From Lytechinus pictus (Eukaryota), in contig NC_087252.1 of the NCBI RefSeq assembly GCF_037042905.1, positions 17,052,001-17,116,000 of the forward strand: a DNA stretch of 64,000 bases, read 5' to 3'. Below are positions 1 to 9,978 of this stretch, piece by piece. The position numbers and the translations under genes were made by a program. Position 1 is the stretch's first letter, and each line of letters opens with the position of its first letter. Under the pieces are notes generated by a model. That model was not told where the DNA came from. It saw only the letters and a list, made by a program, of their open reading frames with translations, and did not search any database.

Positions 1-210
1 ACGTGATAAAAGGGTTCTCAAGGAGTTCTATGCTCGTCGCATATTTGGAACCGCTAAAGGTTCTTTAAAAGATTTATATTACCTTAAACAGCCACTTAAG
101 AGCCATTTTGGTTCTTAGGCACGTAAAGAGCCTTTTTGTGAACTCTTGTTCTCAATGGTTCCGAGTATAAGGGGGATAAGGGTTCAAAATCACACTTTTT
201 TCTAAGAGTG
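1..210. mobile_element. Right end of a non-autonomous DNA transposon (CACT-terminus, CACTA/EnSpm-like), truncated by the window edge
   Basis: Ends TTTTTTCTAAGAGTG followed by TA; the reverse complement CACTCTTAGAAAAAA has the same terminus style as the complete element at 4747-4989. The left end is not in the window. Confidence 0.4.
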
Positions 211-505
211 TAGTACAAGACATACAAAAGTGATGACGTCATACTTCGGTGTCAAAACAAGGGTAATGAGACATTTGCCCTTATGCCAAATGGTCCTCCG
301 CTAATTACTCTGAAGATACAGGCCAGGGTTGGAGTTGAGATAGAGTTTTGGTATATACAGATCAGGATTAGGATTGATGTTGAGGTAACGTTTGAAGCTC
401 ACGTTTGGCCTATGTGCATATTCAGAAGGACATTGTCGCAGAAGCAGATGCCATGGATGGAACCTTATAAGTGACAAGCGAAACGTTTATTTTTTAATAT
501 AACAG

Positions 506-681
506 ATCCATTTCTGATGACGATCGATTCCATGCAGAAATCAGGGGAGATGTTTTCATCAAAGGGAAGGGAAAGATGGATACATACTTCATAATGCGCT
601 CATCCTCAAAACCTACTACCTCATCGACGTCATCTGTCAGCAATCAACTTTCTATTATGACGTCATCATCATCAAGAGAAG
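506..681 (+). CDS. Penultimate coding exon of a class III nucleotidyl (guanylate/adenylate) cyclase; end of the catalytic domain
   Basis: Acceptor ttttttaatataacAG|, donor GAAG|GTAAAA. Translation SISDDDRFHAEIRGDVFIKGKGKMDTYFIMRSSSKPTTSSTSSVSNQLSIMTSSSSRE contains the RGxxxIKGKGxMxTYF motif that closes cyclase catalytic domains. Not in the ORF track. Confidence 0.85.
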
Positions 682-1030
682 GTAAAATAACCAGGTTATA
701 CTTTGTTTGAGATTGATTATTGTAGAGTTCGTGTCGACTTCAAAGGGCGTTATTAGATACAAAATAACGACTGGTTTTTTATAAGCCTTATACCAGTATA
801 ATGTGGACCGCTTATTTGTAGTTAGGTAACCGCTGCGCATGGACGGAATATGCACGGTTTTTTTTTATTGGGAATCAAGCACGTATTAAAAGTGCGAGAC
901 AGATAAACCGGGTTTTGTTTCTGGTCTTGTACCAGTTGAGACCTTACTTACTTTTTGATGAGTCCGGATCGAGTCCTTGCGACAGATCGACAGGAAGATA
1001 ATGAATATTGTAATGGCGATGATGTTAATA

Positions 1031-1330
1031 GAGAGTTTTCGCATTAATTACTACGGAGACACTTTCTACAACGCATCGATTCTTTTCAAAATGCAATTAA
1101 AATCACAATGGAGAGCTGAAAGGCTTTTGTCGAGAGTATGTGGACTGTGAGAGTCAGTAGATCATCCAAAGATTTGCAATATGGCGTTGTCCAGAGTCAA
1201 GAGATGTCTGTCCCGGTACACCAACTTTTGACAAAAGCCTCTCAGCTCCCCATGGTGATTTGACTTACAATTCAAAGAAACCGGTGTTTTGTCGAGAGTG
1301 TCTCCGTAGTATAAAATGTGGAAAGTTCAG
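1031..1330. mobile_element. Palindromic MITE (~300 bp) in the last cyclase intron
   Basis: Arms TACTACGGAGACACT...GGCTTTTGTCGA and TTGACAAAAGCC...AGTGTCTCCGTAGTA are inverted. The same family recurs at ~51845-52340. Confidence 0.6.
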
Positions 1331-1614
1331 AATGACGATATCGATGACAGCGATGATTTGATACAATGATGATGATGATGATGATAATATGGTGCTGGTA
1401 GTTGTGACAACGAAGACAGTGATGATCTTACTGCAGGTGATGACTAAAGCGATCATAATAATGGTGATCAAGAAAGATGCTGTTGATAACGTCAATGATG
1501 TTTGTGATGATGAGGGTAATTAAAATAATAACCAACATACATGCCATCTCTGCATACACTTGACATACGTCACTAATCATCCTCTTTTATTCATGTTTAA
1601 TTCTTGATTTACAG

Positions 1615-1748
1615 GAAACAATAACAAGACCATGGAGGTTCAACCGATTTACCAACCTGCTTCTGATCGACTAGAGCTTTCAGTTTTGTCCAATTCAGCT
1701 CATATTTCGAACATCAAAGTGTCTTCAAACATCTGTTTGATTCTGTAA
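1615..1748 (+). CDS. Terminal coding exon of the cyclase gene
   Basis: Acceptor ttcttgatttacAG| is phase-compatible with the 681 donor (G+GA=Gly). Open frame GNNKTMEVQPIYQPASDRLELSVLSNSAHISNIKVSSNICLIL ends at TAA (1746-1748). Confidence 0.65.
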
Positions 1749-1770
1749 AATGGTTTTAGTGTTTGTATAT

Positions 1771-2048
1771 ATTTGCTGTTATTTATTCTTTGTTTTAGTT
1801 TTACGTGTTGTCGATGTGAAATTCTAATTAATTTAAATTGTTCGGTACATGTAGGCGCTAGGCGCGGACCCTTGCAGGGAAGCACGTTGCCGCGAAATTG
1901 TTCGTATATTATTTGCTGTTATTTATTCCTTTTTTTATTTAAGTTTTATGTGTTGTCGATGTGAATTTCTAATTAATTTCAATTGTTCGGTACATGCAGG
2001 CGCTAGGCGCGGACACTTTCAAGGAGGCACGTTGCCTCGGAATTGTTC
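1771..2048. repeat. ~140-bp tandem duplication just downstream of the cyclase stop
   Basis: 1771-1902 and 1911-2048 share ATTTGCTGTTATTTATTC...GTTGTCGATGTGAA...AGGCGCTAGGCGCGGAC...GCACGTTGCC...AATTGTTC. Confidence 0.85.
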
Positions 2049-2754
2049 TAAAAAACCTTATGCACCTTCTTTTTTTATTTTTTGTTTGGGGGGGTTGTTG
2101 TGGCGTCTTTTATATTACCTTTATCCACTCTATTTCCCTTTATTTGCTCCAAGTGCCGAAAGTATAAGCCTACTTTTGAACGGATAATTCACCCCCAACA
2201 AAATGTTGATTTCCCCTTCATCCTTTTTATCACAAAGACCAGAATAATATATCATAAGCCCTAATTATAGTATGTATGCGCGAAGGGTGAACTGACCTTT
2301 CACACGAACATTACTGATTAAACTGTACGTTCCAAGCATGTTAAGTAATCATGAACAGCTTGCGTATATACATGTACATGCATGCAATTAGTTTATTGAT
2401 TTTGATTCAAGCTTATTTTAAAAAAATAATGCGAGCGCGAAGCGCGAGCTGAAATCTGGAATCATACCGATCTGAAATAATTGACACTTTCAGGACTCAG
2501 GAAGTAGTGACTTGTGTCTTGCCATGAAAATTATATGACCGCGAAATGCGAGATGAATATAAATTATATTTATATTAATGATTTATTGCATTACTAGATG
2601 ACTATGTACACTAATTCAATTGCATTGACAATGCTTGTTCTATAATGATGTCAATTTTCGTGTCATTAATTGTGTGAATGGATTTATTTTATCATTCTTG
2701 CCATCTTCTTATTATTGTTTTACGATTCCTGCGCGAGAGAAAGCGGTGCCCTGC

Positions 2755-5100
2755 AGTTTGTCAACAGTGTGTAACACACTGTGAAAACTCATCGCCAAAC
2801 TGTAAAATGTTAGCCTTTTCAAAGTCTGCGAGTGTAAATCACTTTTTTTTTTTTACAAAGTATATTCTGTAAATTTAAAACACTGTACGAACTCACACTG
2901 TAGATATGGTACATGTGCAAACAGTGTGTAATCATTACAATATGAATTCCAAACATTTTCATTGGTTTTAATAGTGTAAATCACTGTGCCCAGCACAAAA
3001 AAAAGACGTGGCCTTGATTGAGGCAAACATAGCAGACTACTTTAGACTTTAGACTACTTTAAATGCTAAAATTTCACATTGGCAATGCCTCAATTTGGAC
3101 AACTACACAACATCATTAACAGTGTGTTCGCATAGTGGACTATTTGAAGTTATGGTTCACACTGTCGACATGATCGACTTTCACAGTGTGTTCACACAGT
3201 GGACTAAGTATGTGAAGATGTGACTCAGACTGTTTAAAATTCTCAAATTTAACATTGGCAATTCCACACTGAGGACAAATACACAGTGTCATTATTAACA
3301 ATGTGTTCGCATAGTGGACTTGGTGATGATGTGTGTCACACTGTTAAAACGTTCAAATCTTACAGTGAACACTGAAGATACCTATTGCACAGTGTGAATG
3401 TTCACAGTGTGTTCACATTACTAGTAGACTAATTATGTGTAGATGTCATTTAGACTGTTTAAAATGTTCGAATTTAACATTGTCAATTCCACATTGAGGA
3501 CACCTAGATTCACAGTATGTTCACATAGTGGACTATTTGAAGATGTTATTCAGACTGTTTAAACTGTTCAAATTTAACGTTGGAAATGCCAGACAGACTG
3601 TGGATACGTATTGCACAGTGTGCATGTTTACAGTGTGTTCACATAGCTAGTGGACTAAGTATGTAAAGATGTGATTCAGACGACTTAAAATGCTAAAATT
3701 TCACATTGGCAATGCCACACTGTGGTCAACTACACGGTGTCATTATTAACAGTGTGTTCGCACAGTGGACCTCGTGAAGATGTGTGCCACACTGTTAAAA
3801 TGCTGAAATCTTACAGTGAACACTGAGAACACCTATTGCACAGTGTTCTCACATAGTGGAATATTTGAAGATGTTATTCAGACTCTTTGAAAAATTCAAA
3901 TGTAACATTGACAATGCCACACTGTGGATACCTATTGCACAGTGTGAATGTTTACAGTATGTTCACATAACTAGCGGACTATGCGAAAATGTGATTCAGA
4001 CTACTTAAAAAGCTAAGATTTCACATTGGCAATGCCACACTGTGGACAACTACACAGCAACATTATTAATAGTGATATATATATAGCGGACTACTATGGT
4101 TCACACTGTTGACATTCGATTTTCACAGTATGTTCACATAGTGGACTTAGTATTTGAAGATTTTATTCAGACTGTTTAATTTAACATTGGCAATGCCACA
4201 CTGTGGAAAATTACACAGTGTCATTATTGACAGTGTGGTCGCACAGTTGACCTTTGTGAAGGTGTGCGTCACACTGTTAAAACGTTCAAATCTTACAGTG
4301 AACGCTGTGGACACCTATTGCACAGTGTGAATGTTCACAGTGTGTTCGCATAGCTAGTGGTTTGAGGATGTGAAAATAAGATTGAGACGGTTTAAAATTT
4401 TTAAAGTTAACATTGGCAATGCCACGCTGTAGTCAGCTACACAGTGTCGTTATTAACAGTGTGCTGTATATAGCGGACTAATTGAAGTTATGGTCCACGT
4501 TGTTGACATGCTCGAATTTCACAGTGTGTAACATATTGTGAGATGAAAATTCCACACTTTGGATGCCTGAAATACACTGCGAATGTTCACCGTGTGTTCA
4601 CATAGCTTGTGGACTAAGTATGTGGAAATTTGACTCGTAAGCATTGTCAATTCCACACTGAGGACACCTATTGCACAGTGTGATTGTTCACAGTGTGTAT
4701 TAGTAGATCATTGGAAGATGTGATTCAGACTGCTTAGTGTCACTTACACTGCAAAAACACCGGTGTTATTTTAACACCAGTCTGGTATCTATATCGGTCC
4801 ACACCAGAGAAGTGTTAAAATAACACCGGATTGTCGTTAGGCTAACACCAATTTGGCATTTCAGCCACACCAATAAGTGTTAAACCAATATCGGTATGAT
4901 TCTGAACTGGTGTTGTTTCAACGCTTCTCTGGCGTTTCTCGATATAGAAACCGGGCTGATGTTGAATCAACACCGGTGTTTTGGCAGTGTACGCTGTCGA
5001 CATGCTACAATGTAGTATCGGCCGTGTATTCACATAATGGATCATGTGAAAAGGGATTCACACGGACACTGTTAAAATCGTGAACAAGATTTCACAGTGT
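2755..5100. repeat. Degenerate complex tandem array rich in CACAGTG/CACTGTG
   Basis: Recurrent sub-units ACATTGGCAATGCCACACTGTGGA, CCTATTGCACAGTGTG and TTCACATAGTGGACTA. AAATCTTACAGTGAAC recurs at ~3356, ~3806 and ~4289, giving a higher-order period of ~450-480 bp. Confidence 0.85.
4747..4989. mobile_element. 243-bp MITE with CACTG termini (CACTA/EnSpm-like), nested in the array
   Basis: TIRs CACTGCAAAAACACCGGTGTT / AACACCGGTGTTTTGGCAGTG, TA on both sides, internal AACACC sub-repeats. Confidence 0.85.
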
Positions 5101-6379
5101 CGATACCTACCCTCACTTGCAATATATGTATTGTCCCTTTTACATTAATCGATTTTTTTTTTGCAACGAACGTAGAGGTCTGCAACATTTTTGCTGCCCT
5201 TTACGTTCGTTGGTTTTTGGTTATAGGAACTTTATTTGTTGTTGCGGTGTTTTGTTCCGTTATTTCATTACGTAAAAGAAAAATATTCTTACTTGCTGTT
5301 GACATGTGCCTGAAGAAAAATTCTGATATCTTATACCATTAAATCAATAAAACTAACCTCTTTACAAATGTCATTAATCGTGTAAGTTGTAATCAATTGT
5401 GCGAACGGTAAAATGCTGTAGCTGAACCCTCTTTTTTTCCATTACGAGCTGGTTCGGTTGCGATAAAAACCAGTTGGTGTAGAACTTCTTCTATTTCCAC
5501 TTCTGACTCTTACATCTCATGGAACCGCAGAACAGACCCGCAGTACTACATACCATGTCCAATCTCCTTAACACAGCACAACCATGTCAAAAACCGCAGT
5601 AACATACATGAAGGTTTTCTTTCAAAGCTAGGAAGACCATGATACTTCTCATTCAATATTACGCAATATTCACACATTTCCAGCATTTCAAGTTATTCCA
5701 GTTATTTCCAACTATTCTCAATTTGCAGATTCAGAAGGGTTTGTTGACTTATAAATTGAAGTGATGCAGAGAACAGCCAAAAACGCGAAAAGAATAAGTC
5801 CCCCGTGATATGTTACCAGGGTATTGCAACATGAAGCTTGTGAGTGAATTCTCCAATGATAAAAAGATGCTCTCGTATAAAAAAAAAAAAACCCGGAGAA
5901 TTGATCCTAAAACTATCCAAACATTCAACGTGGCACGTACACATAAATTCTATTGAAGTGAACTGGCGAGAACAGAAATGACACACGTTGAGACAAAAAC
6001 TGAGTAAAAAAATTAAAGTTTATAATGATCGTTAAAAACGCGAAATCGACGATTTCCACGACACTTAGATAAATATGTTAAAAACATAATGTTAACAGAA
6101 TAAAACTTAGATGATGAAAATAAAATGGTTAAAAAGTGGATTTAAAAACAGATAGACCGGAGCTATCTCGAGGTGCGTGTTGAGCGCTTGATGACCCTTG
6201 ACCTATCATCATCATCGTCGACATAATCGCAGCGGTGAATTATTGGATGGTCTATTAACACTTGGTCTAATTATCAGTTCGTCCAACTTCACGTAGTGTA
6301 AACCAGGGTCGTCGATCCATTTTTCAGATTGGGGGGCAAAATCATGGATCAACGTTCCAAAGGCGCTCGATCGTACAAA

Positions 6380-6399
6380 ACACCCACACACACACCCAC

Positions 6400-6443
<44 letters not shown>

Positions 6444-6450
6444 TATATAT
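6380..6450. repeat. (CA)n + (TA)n microsatellite
   Basis: Direct reading of the sequence. Confidence 0.95.
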
Positions 6451-7162
6451 GACTCATGAGATACAGACATGTATCTCACCAACAAATTAATGCGAGCGCG
6501 AAGCGCGAGCTGAAATTTTTTAGTATACTGACCTTAAAACAGGATAATGAGGAGGATACATATCTCACTAAACAGATAATGCGAGTGCCGAGAGCAAGCT
6601 GAAAATTCTTTATATTCTGACCTGAATGCTTGATATTGTAAGCATTTTTGGTACCAATGATGAAGATTGGTATCTAAAAGAACGATAGATGCGCGCGCGA
6701 AGCGCGAGCTGAAAATTTTGATATTTCGATCTGAAAAAAATGACAGTTTAATGGACGTTTTGATAAAAAAACAAGATATACATCCAACAAAAGATTATCG
6801 CAATTCGAAGCAGAAGTTCTTTTGAGGTTTAGAACTGAAAACGGGACATTTTATTCACCTATTTAATCATGAAAAGTATGGGTTTATGCTACATAAATGA
6901 TGCGAGCGCGAAGCGCGAGCTTAAAATTTTTATATTCCAATCTGAAAAGCGGACATTTTGAGCACGATTTGAAATAAAGAACGATTTGTGTATCTCAATC
7001 TCGCTTGCTGAACATTACAATCTTATTTTATTTTTGCACATCCGGAATTATTGGGGGGGGGGGGGGCAAAACGATATGTTTGCCCCCCCCCCATTATTTT
7101 CATTGGTGGGGCGATCGCCCCCCTGCCCCTCCCCCCCCCCCCCCTTAGGATCGACGCCTTTG
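6451..7162. mobile_element. Partial hAT-like non-autonomous element with ~100-bp units carrying GCGAGCGCGAAGCGCGAGC
   Basis: Hairpin motif at 6492, 6691 and 6902; G/C-run subterminal region; end GGATCGACGCCTTTG resembles the GGATCCGCC-type termini elsewhere in the window. Left end not identified. Confidence 0.55.
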
Positions 7163-7199
7163 GTGTAAACCCATTTCGTCTACAACCCGTTCGTCTATT

Positions 7200-7925
7200 A
7201 GGCGCCCCTAGTTCCAATACAATTCGGCGCCCCTTAAATCAAACTCCATTCGGTGCCCCTTAAATCAAACTCCATTCGGCGCCCCTAGGCAGAACACCAA
7301 TTCGGTGCCCTCCCCTAGGTTGAAGATTAATTCGGCGCCCCTTTGTCAAACTTTAATTCGGCGCCCCCCTATGTCGAACATCAATTCGGCGTCCCTTAGT
7401 AAAACATCAATTCGGCGACCCCCCCTAGGTCGAACATAACTTCGCCCCCCCCCCCCTATGTCAAACATAAATTAGGCGCCCCTTATATCAAACTCTAATT
7501 CGGCGCCCCTAAGTAAAACACCAATCCTGTGCTCCTAAGTAAAACATCGATTCGGCGCCCCCCCCCCCGCCCCCCTTAAGCATGTCGAACATAAATTCGG
7601 TGCCTCTTATATCAATCTCAAATTCGGCGCCCCTAGGTAGAACATCACTTCGGTGCCCTCCTTGGTTGAAGATTAATTTGGCGCCCCTTTATCGAACTTA
7701 AATTCAGCGCCCCCCCCCCCCTATATGTCGAACGTCAATATTCGGCGTCCCTAAAAACATCGATTCGGAGCCCCTTAGTCTTGTTGGTAAAACATCTATT
7801 TGGCGCCCCCTCGGCTAGTCAAACATCAATTCGCCCGCCCCCCCCCCCCACCCCCGGTTGAAGATCAATTCGGCGCCCTTTTGTCGAACTTCTCTTTGGC
7901 GCCCCCTATATGTCGAACATCAATT
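7200..7925. repeat. Minisatellite, ~30-bp unit with AATTCGGCGCCCC core
   Basis: About 20 imperfect copies of (TCAAAC/GAACATC)AATTCGGCGCCCC. Confidence 0.9.
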
Positions 7926-8108
7926 ATTTTTCCTTTTCTCTTCTTTCTTCTTTTTGGCGCCTCTTTTCTCCTACCCGGTGGCCCGGGCCCCGAAAGCCCC
8001 CCCCCCCCCGAAAAGAACGAAAATATAATGTAAGTGTGGATACGTATCTTGTAAACATGTTTATGCCTCTTTTATAATAATTGTTATGCACCATTTATGA
8101 TTAAGGAC

Positions 8109-8335
8109 CATAGGCGGCACAAGCGGGGGGGGGGTGTGCCCCCCCCCCTAAATTTGAGGTGGGTGACGATCCCCCCTAAATTTTTCGTTGATGACCTTTT
8201 TTTTTTTTTTTTTTGCTTGTCAAAAAATTTTGTCGGTCCCCCCTAAAATTTTTTGGTTGATATATAACTTTTTTTTTTGCTTGTCATAAAATTTTGGTGG
8301 TACCCCCTTAAATTGTTTGGCTTCCGTCGCCAATG
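8109..8335. mobile_element. hAT-like MITE, 227 bp
   Basis: Perfect 8-bp TSD TTAAGGAC (8101-8108 and 8336-8343); imperfect TIRs CATAGGCGGC / GTCGCCAATG. Confidence 0.85.
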
Positions 8336-9978
8336 TTAAGGACGACACTTGAACTTGATGGAAAATAAGCAAATGTGACCAGGCACCACAAAACCCACAA
8401 AAAGTCGCCAGAAATTAAAATCTAGTTACATAGCCCTTCTGAAAGGGGCGATACTAAGCTTTGTAATGATAACTCTCGCGCAATTATTGATCCTAACCCA
8501 CACAAGTAAGAGGAAAATGTTCACAAAACATGGAGCACTCCTTTTGAGAGAAGGGGATTAATAATTACTAGTCTATAGGAGAGCTGGGCTTACTCTTCCA
8601 CTATTGTGTATTTAGACAAATAAGAGAAGATTAAAAATCAATAGAATTTCAATAGAAGGAATTATCAACTTGTCCCCAAAGTTCACACACTATATCCTGA
8701 TCATTAGTTTGAACAAGTATCAATGTTAGAAGTTATTCTGTTTTCAATTTATAGGTGGTGGTGGTGATTTTTTTTTTAACCTGATTGCTAAGAAAGCATG
8801 AATGCTTGTAAGCAAGCAACCAATAATTTCTTCTTTCCCACTACACGTTTCTCTTCCTTTCTCCCTCTTTTTCTCCTTTCCCCGTTTTTTTTCATTTTTT
8901 TATTTTTTTTATTTGGGGGGGGGGGCAGCCGATGGGGCATGGGGGGGGCACGTGCCCCCCCATGCCCCCCCCCCCCACCGTAGTTACGCCACTGCTAATA
9001 CTATAGGTCCATGATTAGACCATGGATGATTAGACCAAGTCATGATCAACTGTCAAAAACCATCACCACGCACCGGTGCCCACCTTCAATCATTTTTTTT
9101 TTCTTTTCTCGCTTAGCGCCATCATATGACGTTAAATTGCGCAATGCAGGACGATCGAGTACCGATTTGTATACACTGAGCTGAGAACGACGTTATTTAC
9201 ATTAATTTGTATTTTTAAGATGTCTGTGGATTTGACAGTTTTGTATAAAGCTTCGCCGATGAGCACAATCTACAAGAACACAAAATTAGAAACCCTCGCG
9301 ACTTGAAACTGTCTAAGAATTGAACTTATTCTCTTCCGATTTTTCTCTTCGCTCTCCGCTCGTGTCATCATTCGTCGTTGTTCACCCCGCCCTCATCTCC
9401 TGGCTTGCAAGTGTCGCGGTAACCCGAACGAAATCTTGAGCCCAGCAAATTACGTGTGGATGTGAAACTTGAGATTTCGATTCAACATTCCGTGTACCTG
9501 AGCTGTGTTCGCTGAAACCGTTGTTTTGTGTAAGTTACCGTAGGATGGTTATTTTGTCATTTTCCTATTTTGTTTATTTCCTTTGACTTGTGTTTTCTTC
9601 AGCTGTTTTACATTTCTGTCCCGTCTGATTTGACTTGAGTTTATTGCATTTCTTTGCACTTGCAGCACTGCCTGTGCAGTCCGAACTGAGGTTATATGAG
9701 TTATAATGATATTCAGTTGTCATTCATTCATTCTACTCTGAATTCCTTTCCTCTCATTCTCTTTTGCGTCATCTTCATTCCTTCACTGTTATTTCCTCAG
9801 GTGTTCCACTCATTCCATCCCTCACCATAAGTTTTATTGCAAATTTGCATAATCACCAGACATCTTTGTCATCTAGACCTACATCTCCTTATTGCTTATT
9901 GGTTTATTCCTTACCTGCGTATAGCCGCTGATCCTCGAAGTCGAATACCGGGGGAAGAACAACAAAGAAGAAGAAGGT

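Noticed and set aside
1335..1520. Hydrophobic ORF 1265-1495 (-)
   Set aside because: It comes from degenerate (GAT)n low-complexity intron sequence. The same applies to the ORFs at 47145-47600.
2755..5100. Functional V(D)J RSS cluster or CRISPR-like array
   Set aside because: No nonamers at 12/23 spacing, no Ig-like segments, and the spacers are themselves repetitive. Kept only as a heptamer-rich satellite.
5500..5620. Possible minus-strand exon ending at a GTAAGAG donor
   Set aside because: No recognisable protein and no partner exon.
7200..7925. CRISPR-like repeat-spacer pattern
   Set aside because: Eukaryotic context, no cas genes, degenerate repeats and mutually related short spacers: a minisatellite.
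9330..9560. PTPMT1 promoter / 5'UTR exon
   Set aside because: CpG-richer with a GTAAGT donor-like site, but nothing in the sequence links it to the 16163 acceptor.
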